The notes under the pieces were generated by a model. The model was given only the letters and a program-made list of their open reading frames with translations. It was not told the origin of the DNA and ran no database searches. This document shows positions 1-9,678 of a stretch of DNA of 64,000 bases, piece after piece. Origin of the DNA: an uncultured Gammaproteobacteria bacterium (GTDB taxonomy: Bacteria; Pseudomonadota; Gammaproteobacteria; Pseudomonadales; UBA5518); contig CAIYPF010000116.1 in NCBI GenBank assembly GCA_903928015.1, positions 27,084 through 91,083 of the forward strand. Reading direction: 5' to 3'. Numbering within the stretch: the first letter of the stretch is position 1; every line of letters starts with the position of its first letter. The translations under genes and the position numbers were made by a program.

Positions 1-658
1 CGGGCAACACCTTTCCCACTGCACGCGCAGCGCCCGTGGTGGTGGGGATGATGTTCTCGGCGGCCGCGCGGCTGCGGCGCCAGTCGGTGTGCGGGACGTC
101 CGCCAGGCGCTGGTCGTTGGTGTAGGCATGCACCGTGTTGATGAGCCCCTCAACGATCCCGAATCGCTCGTGCAGCACCTTGGCCACCGGTGCCAGGCAG
201 TTGGTGGTGCAGCTCGCGTTGGAGACGATGCGGTGCTCCGGCAGCAATCCCGCGTCATTTACCCCCAGCACGACGGTGTAATCGATCTCGTCCTTCGCGG
301 GCACCGTGAGCAGTACGCGCCGGGCTCCGGCGGCAAGGTGCTGGGCAGCCTGCTCGCGGCGGGTGAACTTGCCAGTGGCCTCGATCACCACATCCACCCC
401 GAGATCACCCCAAGGCAGCGTGGAAGGCTCCTTGGCGGCGAGGATGCGGGTGCGTCCGTGCTGCGTCACAACCTGACCGTCCTCGAGCGCAAGCGGTCCA
501 CCAAAGCCGCCCATCACCGTGTCGTAGCGCAGCAGGTACACAAGCGCCGCCGGATCGAAGATGTCGTTGATCGCAACCACCTCGACATCGGGGCGGCGAT
601 CGAGGATGCGGAACACGGAGCGTCCGATGCGGCCGAAACCGTTGATGGCGACTTTCAT
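1..658 (-). CDS. gap: Type I glyceraldehyde-3-phosphate dehydrogenase, N-terminal ~219 codons (C-terminus lies outside the window)
   Basis: Hand translation of the minus strand from the ATG at 658..656 gives [19 protein letters not shown]...[19 protein letters not shown]...TVHAYTNDQ...[18 protein letters not shown]. It has the canonical NAD-binding GxGxxG and the SCTTNC active site (Cys codon 209..211). It is absent from the ORF track because it has no stop in the window. Its ATG overlaps the stop of the upstream gene (ATGA). Confidence 0.9.
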   Translation of the reverse strand, partial: MKVAINGFGRIGRSVFRILDRRPDVEVVAINDIFDPAALVYLLRYDTVMGGFGGPLALEDGQVVTQHGRTRILAAKEPSTLPWGDLGVDVVIEATGKFTRREQAAQHLAAGARRVLLTVPAKDEIDYTVVLGVNDAGLLPEHRIVSNASCTTNCLAPVAKVLHERFGIVEGLINTVHAYTNDQRLADVPHTDWRRSRAAAENIIPTTTGAARAVGKVLP

Positions 659-1674
659 GCGCGGTCTCCGTTGTCGATCGCTGCATAGGCGCGGACCACG
701 TCGAGCACGCGGCAGGCATGTCCCAATGTCTCGTACCAGCCAAGGGCCTTCAGCAGGCGCCGCCCCGCACGCTGCGTTGCCTGCGTGTCGAAGAGCAGCG
801 ACTGCGTGCAGCCGATGACGTCAGACGAGACGATGGGATCGATGGCAATGCCTATCAGTTGCGGCCGCTGGGCAGCAGCGGCAACAAGCGCGGCATTCAC
901 CGCATCGATGCCCACTTCATCGCGGGACAGCACGAAATCGACATCGAGCAGGGAGCCGCGCTGGACCGGCACGTTCAGGGCGAGCCCCGATAGTCGGCCC
1001 GCGAAACGCGGCATGAGGTGCTCGACCCAGGCCGGGGAGTGATTGGCGTTGGGAATGATGTTCTGGGCTGCAGAACGGCTGCGACGCTCGTCGCCCTGCG
1101 CATAATCCTGCAAGGGCTGGTCGCTGGTGTACGCATGGATACTCGTCATGCTCGCGTAGTCGACGCCGAAAGCGCGATCGACGACATCGACCAGCAGGGC
1201 GAGCGCGTTGGTGGTTGGAGAGCCTGCGCAGACAACGCGGTCGGCGGCTGAGGCTTCGGCATCGTTGATGCCGGGAACCAGAAGCCGGTCCGGCGCGTCC
1301 TCGCACAGCGTCGCGTAGAGCAATCGGCCGGCACCCGCAGCCAGTTGCTTCCCGGCGTGATCGCGCGTGCGCAAGCGTCCCGTCGCATCGATGACGCAAT
1401 CGACGCCGAAGGCATCCCACGGCACATCACCCGGAGCACCGGGCTGGAGCATGCGCGCGGAAAAACCCGGCCCGCGCAGGTAATTGCCTTCGAGACGGCA
1501 GTTGAAGTCATCGCCCGTCGTTTCGAGCAGATAACGCAGCACTTCCGGTTTTCCGACGTCGGCGACGGCCACGATCTCGATATCCGGCATCGCGGCAGCC
1601 AGACGGAAAATCTGTCGCCCGATCTGGCCGAGCCCCATCAGGCCGATGCGACAACTGCTCGCGGATGAAGACAT
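655..1674 (-). CDS. GAPDH-family paralog lacking the catalytic cysteine (probable pseudoenzyme or regulatory subunit)
   Basis: The 339-aa ORF keeps a GAPDH-like N-terminus ([16 protein letters not shown]) and SIHAYTSDQ / [12 protein letters not shown] blocks. The active-site block reads AGSPTTNAL instead of SCTTNCL (Pro codon 1216..1218), and the TTGAAKAV block is replaced by ANHSPAWV. There is a GAGG-type RBS upstream and a 4-nt ATGA overlap with gap. Confidence 0.8.
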   Translation of the reverse strand: MSSSASSCRIGLMGLGQIGRQIFRLAAAMPDIEIVAVADVGKPEVLRYLLETTGDDFNCRLEGNYLRGPGFSARMLQPGAPGDVPWDAFGVDCVIDATGRLRTRDHAGKQLAAGAGRLLYATLCEDAPDRLLVPGINDAEASAADRVVCAGSPTTNALALLVDVVDRAFGVDYASMTSIHAYTSDQPLQDYAQGDERRSRSAAQNIIPNANHSPAWVEHLMPRFAGRLSGLALNVPVQRGSLLDVDFVLSRDEVGIDAVNAALVAAAAQRPQLIGIAIDPIVSSDVIGCTQSLLFDTQATQRAGRRLLKALGWYETLGHACRVLDVVRAYAAIDNGDRA

Positions 1675-1688
1675 GCGCTTCGCCTCGT

Positions 1689-2198
1689 CTAGCTTATGGC
1701 GATGGTGCGACCGGAGGGTTTGTCCGTCTTGGGCATCACCACTTCAAGGACACCGTCGCGGAAACTCGCCCGGGCCTTGTCTGCCAGGACATCTGCAGGC
1801 AGGGCTACCGCTCTCTCGAAACTGCCGCTGCTGATCTCCCGTCGATGATAGTCGCCGGTGTCATCGGATGTCTCGCTGCGCGTCTGGCCACGTATCGTGA
1901 CGACGCCCTCGTGCAGGGATACTTCAAGGTCTTCCTTCGTCACGCCGGGAATCGCGGCTTTCAGCACCAGTTCCTTGCCGCGATCGAGCAGGTCGATTTT
2001 CGGCGCCTGCTCCATGTGCGGCCAGCCCGACCCTGCGAGCGCGGGGAAGCCGAGCCGTGACAGGAGGCCGTGCGAGAGCCGGTCGAAGAAGAGATCCATA
2101 TCGGCCAGTGGCGACGAAGGATGTTCAGTCGGCTGGGGCACAGCGGATTTCGTATGACGACGTTTGCTCACGGCTGTTTTTGCGACTCTGGTATCCAT
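1689..2198 (-). CDS. Hsp20/alpha-crystallin family small heat-shock protein
   Basis: The 169-aa ORF has an alpha-crystallin domain (PKIDLLDRGKELVLKAAIPGVTKEDLEVSLHEGVVTIRGQ...FERAVALPADV...ASFRDGVLEVVMPK). It ends 14 nt upstream of the next gene. Confidence 0.9.
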   Translation of the reverse strand: MDTRVAKTAVSKRRHTKSAVPQPTEHPSSPLADMDLFFDRLSHGLLSRLGFPALAGSGWPHMEQAPKIDLLDRGKELVLKAAIPGVTKEDLEVSLHEGVVTIRGQTRSETSDDTGDYHRREISSGSFERAVALPADVLADKARASFRDGVLEVVMPKTDKPSGRTIAIS

Positions 2199-2200
2199 GC

Positions 2201-2650
2201 CTATATCTCCATTGAGGTGGATGATTTGGAAGCCGGGGCTGTACGCAGGGCAGGCCCGCCGGCATTTGCAAGCGCTCCGCCTTCATCGAGCAGTTGCCGC
2301 AACAGCGCCCGCATCGAGGGAACGACCATGCTGTCGCGGTCATCGACCTCAAGCGCCATGCCGCCTTCTTCGCAGCGGCGCACATGGGCACGCACGCGAC
2401 GCATCACACAGTCGCCGGATTCGCTGACGGGAAACTCGACCTCGAGTTGCTGGTTGGGCCGCAACTCCCCGTAACCGGTGTCGACGAAAATGCCACCGCG
2501 GCTCGCATCGCGGATGCGCCCGGTGGCCACCGGGATGCCGCAGCGGTAAATCAACATCGGGATGTCCGCGTCCATCCGTGCGTGATACCTGTGTTCCATA
2601 GCGTCCTGCTCCTGCTGCATCTGCGATTGCAGTGTCCGCGAGGCAGGCAC
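2201..2650 (-). CDS. PilZ-domain protein (putative c-di-GMP receptor)
   Basis: It has an RxxxR motif (RYHAR) followed about 25 aa later by D-x-S-x-x-G (RDASRGGIFVDT). Its stop is 2 nt before the hsp20 start. The start is uncertain; ATGs at 2650 and further in are both possible. Confidence 0.7.
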   Translation of the reverse strand: MPASRTLQSQMQQEQDAMEHRYHARMDADIPMLIYRCGIPVATGRIRDASRGGIFVDTGYGELRPNQQLEVEFPVSESGDCVMRRVRAHVRRCEEGGMALEVDDRDSMVVPSMRALLRQLLDEGGALANAGGPALRTAPASKSSTSMEI

Positions 2651-2708
2651 GGCGAACGATGACGCACGTCAAACAGAGAGAGACACGGGGCTACGGGCGA
2701 ATACGTAC

Positions 2709-4184
2709 TCAGCCGCCGAGGCGGGCATAGCGCGCAAGCATGTCGCGCAGTCTGCGCGCGAGAGCGGCATCCAGCACGCTGCCCTCGCGCAGCTGCCAGG
2801 CCCAGTTTCCGCGCGCAACACCTGGCACGTTCATGCGCGCCTCGCTGCCCAGCGCGAGTACATCCTGCAGCGTGAGCACGGCTACCCGCGCGACCGAGGC
2901 AAGCGCGGCCCGCATCAGTGTCCATGGCATGTCGCCAGCGTGCTGCCCGAAGTAGCCGAGCACCTGTTCGCGGACATTCGCATCCAGAGAGCCAAACCAA
3001 CCCAGCGTGGTGTCGTTGTCGTGCGTGCCGCTGTAGGCAACGGACATTTCGGTGTGGTTGTGCGGAAGATAGGGATTGCCCGGGTTGCCGTCGAAGGCAA
3101 ACTGCAGCACCAGCATGCCCGGGAGTGCGTTCGCGCGGCGCAATGCATCGACGGCGGGTGTGATGGTGCCGAGATCCTCCGCGACCAGCGTGCCTGGGCC
3201 CGCCGTCGCAACGAGCGCCAAGAGCAATTCGCGTCCTGGCGCCTGCACCCAACGGCCATCTGCAGCTGTGAGCGCCTCGCGCGGGACCTCCCAGCAGGAC
3301 TCGAATCCGCGGAAGTGATCGATGCGCAGCATCGCGAAGCGCTCGCGCTGCAAGGCGATGCGCCGTCGCCACCACGCGAAGTCCTCGCGCGCCATAGCCT
3401 CCCAGTCGTAGTGCGGATTTCCCCAGCGCTGGCCATCGGCGCTGAAATAATCGGGCGGAACGCCGGTTTCCACCGCGAGCGAGCCGTCATCGCCGATGCG
3501 GAAAAGATGCCGAGAGGCCCAGACATCGGCACTGTCGCGCGCCACGAAAATGGGCACGTCACCGAAAAATTTCACGCCGAGTCCCAGCGCGTAGGCCTGC
3601 AGCTCACGCCACTGGATGTCGAACACGTATTGCTCGAAGCAGAGCGCCTCGACGCGCGAGGCGTGCATCACGCGCGCCTCGCAGAGCGACTTCGGCTCCC
3701 GATCCCGCAAGGCTTCAGGCCACAGGTACCAGGGCACGTCACCCAGGGACTCGCGCAGAGCCGTGAACAGCGCGTAGTCCTCGAGCCAGTGCGCATTGCG
3801 GGCGCGGAAATCCCCGAAGCCTGCGTGCAATGCGTCTCCGGCACGGGAACTGAAGCGGGAAGCCGCGAGAATCAGCAACCCGGCGCGTGTGCCGGGTACG
3901 GCACGCGCACGGGCCAGATCCGAGGCGTCCAGCAGATCGCGGTCGTGGAGCCAGTCAAGGCTGATCAGCGCGGGGTTGCCGGCGAAGGCCGACAGGGCAT
4001 CGTAGGGAGAGAGGTCCCGGTGCGGCGGCACGACAGGCAACATCTGCCAGAGGCCGAAACCAGCAGCAGCAAGAAACTCCACGAACCGATAGGCGGAGTG
4101 CCCGAGATCGCCCGCCCCGTAGGGCGATGGCAGTGAGGTGGGATGAAGCAGCAAGCCGGCACGGCGGCGACTCTCCTCAGCCAT
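2709..4184 (-). CDS. malQ: 4-alpha-glucanotransferase (amylomaltase)
   Basis: The 491-aa ORF has the typical GH77 N-terminus [22 protein letters not shown] and is full length. Its start overlaps the glgC stop by 8 nt. Confidence 0.9.
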   Translation of the reverse strand: MAEESRRRAGLLLHPTSLPSPYGAGDLGHSAYRFVEFLAAAGFGLWQMLPVVPPHRDLSPYDALSAFAGNPALISLDWLHDRDLLDASDLARARAVPGTRAGLLILAASRFSSRAGDALHAGFGDFRARNAHWLEDYALFTALRESLGDVPWYLWPEALRDREPKSLCEARVMHASRVEALCFEQYVFDIQWRELQAYALGLGVKFFGDVPIFVARDSADVWASRHLFRIGDDGSLAVETGVPPDYFSADGQRWGNPHYDWEAMAREDFAWWRRRIALQRERFAMLRIDHFRGFESCWEVPREALTAADGRWVQAPGRELLLALVATAGPGTLVAEDLGTITPAVDALRRANALPGMLVLQFAFDGNPGNPYLPHNHTEMSVAYSGTHDNDTTLGWFGSLDANVREQVLGYFGQHAGDMPWTLMRAALASVARVAVLTLQDVLALGSEARMNVPGVARGNWAWQLREGSVLDAALARRLRDMLARYARLGG

Positions 4185-5433
4185 GGGGGCCCAGCATGTC
4201 TCTGGTCACCAGCACGATGCCTTTAGGGGACACATGGAAGCGACGCGCGTCCTCGGCGTGGTCGTAGCCGATCACGGTACCGGGCGGGATCACGCAGCGC
4301 TTGTCGATCACGGCACGGCGTATGCGGCAGTGTCGCCCCACCTTTACCAGGGGAAACACCACGCTGTCCTCGATGCGGGCAAAGGAATGCACGCGCACAT
4401 TCGAGAACAGCAGCGAACGACGGATGCTCGCACCCGAGACGATGCAGCCACCGGAGACCATGGAGTCCACGGCCATGCCGCGACGCCCTTCCTCGTCGTG
4501 CACGAACTTGGCGGGCGCAACCTGTTCCTGCCAGGTCCAGATGGGCCACTCGGCGTCGTAGAGATCGAGATCAGGGGACTTGCCGATCAGCTCCATGTTG
4601 GACTCCCAGAAGGAGTCCACGGTGCCCACGTCGCGCCAGTAGCCCTGCCCGCCGTTGTGCGGATCACGGAAAGGGTAGGCCTGCACTTTCATGCGGCGGA
4701 TGAGAGCGGGGATGATATCGCGGCCGAAATCGTGCGCGGACGCGGGATTGGCGTGGTCGCGCCCGAGTTCCTCGAAGAGCACGCGGGTGCTGAAGACGTA
4801 GATGCCCATCGATGCAAGGGCGCGATCGGGCTTTCCGGGCACGGGGCGGGGATGCTCGGGCTTTTCCTCGAACTCCGTGATGCGGTAGTCGTCGTCGACG
4901 GCCATCACCCCGAAGGCGCTCGCCTCGCCTATCGGGACCTCGATGCAGCCTACCGTCACGTCGGCGTCGTTCTCGACGTGCGCCGCGAGCATGGTGCCGT
5001 AATCCATCTTGTAGACATGGTCCCCGGCGAGAATCAGCACCCATTGCGGGTCGTGGTGACGGATGATGTCGAAGTTCTGCAGTACGGCGTTGGCCGTGCC
5101 TTCGTACCACGAGGTCTCGATACGCTGCTGCGCGGGGAGAAGTTCGACGAATTCGCCGAGCTCCGCACGCAGGAAGCTCCAGCCGTGCTGGATGTGCCGC
5201 AGCAGCGAGTGGGACTTGTACTGGGTGAGCACGGCAACGCGGCGGATGCCGGAGTTGACGCAATTGGATAGCGGAAAATCGATGATGCGGAATTTGCCGC
5301 CGAAGGGCACTGCCGGCTTGGCGCGCCAGTCGGTGAGCTGCTTCAGACGGGAGCCGCGGCCTCCGGCCAGTACCAGCGCGAGAGTCTCGCGGGTGAGCCG
5401 GCTGACGAAGCGGCCCGAGTGCGGGTTCGTCAT
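4177..5433 (-). CDS. glgC: Glucose-1-phosphate adenylyltransferase
   Basis: ORF 4177..5682 is trimmed to the ATG at 5433 ([30 protein letters not shown]), which is preceded by GAGAGGGA. The sequence is GlgC-like throughout. The 83-codon extension upstream is Arg/Ala-rich with no homology signal. Confidence 0.9.
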   Translation of the reverse strand: MTNPHSGRFVSRLTRETLALVLAGGRGSRLKQLTDWRAKPAVPFGGKFRIIDFPLSNCVNSGIRRVAVLTQYKSHSLLRHIQHGWSFLRAELGEFVELLPAQQRIETSWYEGTANAVLQNFDIIRHHDPQWVLILAGDHVYKMDYGTMLAAHVENDADVTVGCIEVPIGEASAFGVMAVDDDYRITEFEEKPEHPRPVPGKPDRALASMGIYVFSTRVLFEELGRDHANPASAHDFGRDIIPALIRRMKVQAYPFRDPHNGGQGYWRDVGTVDSFWESNMELIGKSPDLDLYDAEWPIWTWQEQVAPAKFVHDEEGRRGMAVDSMVSGGCIVSGASIRRSLLFSNVRVHSFARIEDSVVFPLVKVGRHCRIRRAVIDKRCVIPPGTVIGYDHAEDARRFHVSPKGIVLVTRDMLGPHG

Positions 5434-5584
5434 GAGAAATCCCTCTCTGCGTTGGCCGGCGAGCTGCCTTGCCCGTGTGGAATGCCAATTTTCAGGGAAG
5501 ATCATGACACCCTTGCGCTTGCCAACCCAGACCATCTTTTGTTCGCATGACGCAACCGCCCCACCAAGGGCCGAGTAGACACGT

Positions 5585-7057
5585 ATGCGCATCCTGTTCG
5601 TGAGTTCAGAGGTTTTTCCCTTCGCCAAGACGGGCGGTCTTGCCGACGTCTCGGCCAGCCTGCCGCGGGCCCTGCAGGCCATCGGCCACCAGGTGAACGT
5701 GCTGATGCCGGCCTACCGCGGGGTGCTCGCTGCCGCACAGCCACTCGGCGTGCGCTTGCGCCACGCCACCGAAATCGACGGCCACGGGTTGCGGCTCTTC
5801 GAATCGCGCCTGCCAGGCAGCCGTAACAAGTTATGGCTCCTCGACTGCCCGGCGCTCTTTGATCGAGCCGGCAATCCCTACCACAACGAAAGCGGGCACG
5901 ACTGGCCGGACAATCCGGTCCGGTTCGCACTGCTCTGCCGCGTGGCGGCGCTGCTCGCCTGCGATGCCTTCGGGCTGGGCTGGCAGGCCGATGTGCTCCA
6001 CTGCAACGACTGGCAGACCGGGCTGGTGCCGCTGCTTCTGCACGAGCAGGCGGCGCGCCCCGCCGTGGTGTTCACGATCCACAACCTCGCCTACCAGGGG
6101 CTGTTCCCGGAGAGCGCTTTTCACGCGCTGCGCCTGCCCGCGCGCCACTGGCACCCTGACGCGCTCGAGTTCCACGGGCAGATGAGTTTCATCAAGGGCG
6201 GAATCGTCTTCGCGGACCGGGTGACAACGGTGAGTCCCACCTATGCCGCCGAGATCCGCACAGCGGCTTTCGGCTGCGGGCTGGAGGGTTTGCTGCAGCA
6301 CCGGTCAGCGGTGCTCTCCGGCATCCTGAACGGCATCGACACCAGCGTCTGGAACCCGCTGCGCGATCCCGCGCTGGCGCAGGGATTCGGCGCCACCAGC
6401 CTCACCGAAAAGCGCGTGAACAAACGGGCAATCCAGTCAGAACTGGGGTTGGCCGAAGATGCAGACAGTGTGCTGCTGGGCTCCATCGGACGCCTGGCGG
6501 AGCAGAAAGGCGTCGACCTGATCGCCGGCGCCTTGCCGGCGCTGCTGCGGGGGGGCGCGCAGTTCGTGCTGCTGGGCAGCGGGGATTCGCGCTACGAGCA
6601 GGCGCTCGCGGAACTTTCGCTGGCCTTCCCCGGACGCGTGGCGCTGCGTCTGGGCTATGACGAGGGCCTGGCGCATCGTATCGAGGCGGGCGCGGATATC
6701 TTCCTGATGCCCTCGCGCTTCGAGCCCTGCGGCCTGAACCAGATGTACAGCCTGCGCTACGGCACGCTGCCGGTGGTGCATGGCGTAGGCGGACTTGCCG
6801 ACACGGTTGTCGATGCCTGCGAGGCCAGCATGAAAGACGGCAGCGCGACGGGCTTCGTGTTCCACGAGCCCAGCGCAGCGGCACTGGGCGAGTGTGCGCT
6901 GCGGGCGATCACGCTGTGGCGCGAGAACCCGGAGGCCTGGGCCCGGATGCAGGTGCGGGGCATGCGTACCGACTTCTCGTGGCGCGCCAGCGCGCGTGCC
7001 TATGAAGATCTCTACGCCGCGGCGCTCGCGCAACTGCACGCCGCCCGCTGCGCCTAG
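5585..7057 (+). CDS. glgA: Glycogen synthase (ADP-glucose type)
   Basis: The N-terminus [22 protein letters not shown] is typical, and the 490-aa protein is GT5-like. It is divergent from glgC. Confidence 0.9.
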   Translation: MRILFVSSEVFPFAKTGGLADVSASLPRALQAIGHQVNVLMPAYRGVLAAAQPLGVRLRHATEIDGHGLRLFESRLPGSRNKLWLLDCPALFDRAGNPYHNESGHDWPDNPVRFALLCRVAALLACDAFGLGWQADVLHCNDWQTGLVPLLLHEQAARPAVVFTIHNLAYQGLFPESAFHALRLPARHWHPDALEFHGQMSFIKGGIVFADRVTTVSPTYAAEIRTAAFGCGLEGLLQHRSAVLSGILNGIDTSVWNPLRDPALAQGFGATSLTEKRVNKRAIQSELGLAEDADSVLLGSIGRLAEQKGVDLIAGALPALLRGGAQFVLLGSGDSRYEQALAELSLAFPGRVALRLGYDEGLAHRIEAGADIFLMPSRFEPCGLNQMYSLRYGTLPVVHGVGGLADTVVDACEASMKDGSATGFVFHEPSAAALGECALRAITLWRENPEAWARMQVRGMRTDFSWRASARAYEDLYAAALAQLHAARCA

Positions 7058-7116
7058 CTTTTGCGAGGTCAGCCGCGGCTATACTCGGGCCGACAGCCTC
7101 CAGGACGAGCCATACC

Positions 7117-9663
7117 ATGCCCGGACGCAGACTCCTCATCGAAGTGCAGCCCCGCATCCCGCCCGCGCTCGCGCGGCTGGAGGATCTCGCCAGCAATCTC
7201 GTCTACAGCTGGGACCGACGGGTGCGAGCGCTATTCGCACGCCTCGATCGCAAGCTGTGGTCGGCCTGTGGCGCGAGCCCCAGACTGTTTCTTCGCCGCG
7301 TCTCGCAGGCGGTGCTGGAAGAGGCGGCAAGCGACCGCAACTACCTCGAGGAGTACCGTCGCGTACTCGGCAGCTTCGATGCCTACATGGACCGCGGCAT
7401 CCGCCCCGAGTGCTCCCCCTACCTCGACCCGGAGCAGGACCTCGTCGCCTATTTCTGCGCCGAATTCGGGCTCCACGAGAGTTTCCCCATCTACTCCGGC
7501 GGCCTCGGCATCCTCGCCGGGGACCACTGCAAGGCCGCGAGCGACCTCGGGATCCCCTTCGTTGCGGTGGGCCTGCTTTACCACAACGGTTACTTCACCC
7601 AGAAAATCGACGGCCACGGGAACCAGCTCTCCGAGATCGTGGCCATGGATTTCCGCGACCTGCCCATACAGCCCGTGCGGCTGGCGGACGGCGAGCGGCT
7701 CCGCGTGGAACTCGAACTCCCCGGCCGCCAACTGATCATCCATGTCTGGGAAGCGAAGATCGGCCATATCCGGCTGTTCCTGCTCGACACTGATCTGGCC
7801 GAAAACGCCGAGGCCGACCGCCGCATAACGCGGCAACTCTACGGTGGCGGCCGCGAGACACGCCTCGAACAGGAAATGGTGCTCGGCATCGGTGGTGTGC
7901 GCGTGCTGCGCCGCCTGGGGCTCGCGCCCACCGCATGGCACATCAACGAGGGGCACGCGGCATTTCTGGTGCTGGAGCGCGCGCGAGAACATGTGGCCGC
8001 CGGTCACAGCCTGGCCGCGGCGCTGGAACTGGTGGCGTCGGGCACGGTCTTCACGACGCACACGCCTGTTGCCGCAGGGCACGACATCTTCGACGGCAGC
8101 CTGATACACACCTACCTCGGCCCCCTCGCCCGCTCCCTCGGCGTGGGCCTGCCGGAACTCCTCTCGATCGGCGGAGCCTCGGAAGCCGCACCCGCCTTCA
8201 ACATGACCACGCTCGCGCTGAACGGCTCGCGCTTCCACAACGGCGTGAGTCGCATCCACGGCAGCGTGGCCTCGGTGATGGAGCGCAGCGCCTGGCCCGA
8301 GATTCCTCCCGAGGAAAACCCCATCACCTACGTCACCAATGGCGTGCACGTGCCCACGTTCCTGGCGGGTGAGTGGTACAACCTCTTCGACATGCGGTTC
8401 GACGAGTGGCACGCGGAGCTCGCGGACGTTGCCTACTGGGAGCGCATCGACGAGATCCCCGACTACCAGTTCTGGAGCGTGCGCAAGCAGCTCAAGTCGG
8501 CAGCGCTTGCCGAGATCTGCCGGCGCGTCGAGGCGCAGTGCCACCGCAATGGCGAGAGCGCCGCGACCACAGCGAGGATCACGCGCCTCATCCGCGACCC
8601 GGACGCCGACACGCTGGTGATGGGCTTCGCGCGGCGATTCGCGACCTACAAGCGCGCAACGCTGCTGTTCGCGGACTCCGCACGGCTCGCACGCATACTG
8701 AACGACCCCGAGCGCCCCGCGGTGATCGTCTTCGCCGGCAAGGCCCACCCCTCGGACGGCCCCGGGCAGCACCTGATCCGCGTCATCCACGAATTCTCCC
8801 GCCGCCCCGAGTTCGAAGGCAGGATCATCCTGCTGGAGGGCTATGACATCCGGCTCGCGCGGCAACTCGTCTCCGGCGTCGACCTCTGGCTGAACACACC
8901 CGAGTACCCGCTGGAAGCGAGCGGCACATCCGGCCAGAAGGCCGCCATCAACGGCGTGATCAACCTGAGCGTGCTCGACGGCTGGTGGGGCGAGGGCTTC
9001 GACGGCACGAACGGCTGGGGCATCGTGCCCAGGGATCCTCTACTCGATGCCGAAATCCGCAACCGCGACGAGGCGAAAGACCTGCTCGACACCCTCGAGC
9101 ACGAGGTGCTGCCGCTGTACTTCGCACGCGATCGGCGCGGCTTCTCGCCGGGCTGGGTGAAGATGGCCAAGTCCTCGATGAAATCGATCATGCCGCGGTT
9201 CAACTCGCGCCGCATGGTCATGGACTACCTCTGCCAGCTCTACCACCCGGCGCGCGAGCAGCATCGGCGCCTCGGCGCCGACGGGGGCAAGGGAGCGAAC
9301 GAACTCGCGACGTGGAAAACCCGGGTGAGAGCACAATGGGCTGGCGTGAGCATCGCGCTGGCAGCGGAGTTGCCCACCGCCGTGCCGCACGGCCAGCAGG
9401 TGCCGGTGGAAGTCGTGCTGAACCTGAACGGCCTCGCCCCGCAAGACGTGGCCGTTGAATGTCTGGTGGATCCGGACGCCGACATGGCGGGCGAGGTACA
9501 GCGTGTGCTGCTCTCACCCGCGGGCGGCGAGAACCACTCCTTCCGTTTCGCGATTGCGCTGGAACCGGTCAACGCGGGGCTCCAGTCGATGCGGCTCAGG
9601 GTCTATCCCTGGCACCCGCTGCTCGCGCACCGCTTCGAGGTGGGCCTGATGCGCTGGCTCTGA
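7117..9663 (+). CDS. glgP: Alpha-glucan (glycogen/maltodextrin) phosphorylase, GT35 'alpha-glucan family' type
   Basis: The 848-aa ORF has an N-terminal LASNLVYSWD-type region, GGLGILAGDH, and the FAGKAHPSDGPGQ pyridoxal-phosphate lysine block. Confidence 0.9.
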   Translation: MPGRRLLIEVQPRIPPALARLEDLASNLVYSWDRRVRALFARLDRKLWSACGASPRLFLRRVSQAVLEEAASDRNYLEEYRRVLGSFDAYMDRGIRPECSPYLDPEQDLVAYFCAEFGLHESFPIYSGGLGILAGDHCKAASDLGIPFVAVGLLYHNGYFTQKIDGHGNQLSEIVAMDFRDLPIQPVRLADGERLRVELELPGRQLIIHVWEAKIGHIRLFLLDTDLAENAEADRRITRQLYGGGRETRLEQEMVLGIGGVRVLRRLGLAPTAWHINEGHAAFLVLERAREHVAAGHSLAAALELVASGTVFTTHTPVAAGHDIFDGSLIHTYLGPLARSLGVGLPELLSIGGASEAAPAFNMTTLALNGSRFHNGVSRIHGSVASVMERSAWPEIPPEENPITYVTNGVHVPTFLAGEWYNLFDMRFDEWHAELADVAYWERIDEIPDYQFWSVRKQLKSAALAEICRRVEAQCHRNGESAATTARITRLIRDPDADTLVMGFARRFATYKRATLLFADSARLARILNDPERPAVIVFAGKAHPSDGPGQHLIRVIHEFSRRPEFEGRIILLEGYDIRLARQLVSGVDLWLNTPEYPLEASGTSGQKAAINGVINLSVLDGWWGEGFDGTNGWGIVPRDPLLDAEIRNRDEAKDLLDTLEHEVLPLYFARDRRGFSPGWVKMAKSSMKSIMPRFNSRRMVMDYLCQLYHPAREQHRRLGADGGKGANELATWKTRVRAQWAGVSIALAAELPTAVPHGQQVPVEVVLNLNGLAPQDVAVECLVDPDADMAGEVQRVLLSPAGGENHSFRFAIALEPVNAGLQSMRLRVYPWHPLLAHRFEVGLMRWL

Positions 9664-9678
9664 GGCCGATCGCCCCGA

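Noticed and set aside
89-688. 199-aa plus-strand ORF at the left edge
   Set aside because: It is antisense to the hand-translated canonical gap gene (minus strand, 1..658), which carries the SCTTNCL active site.
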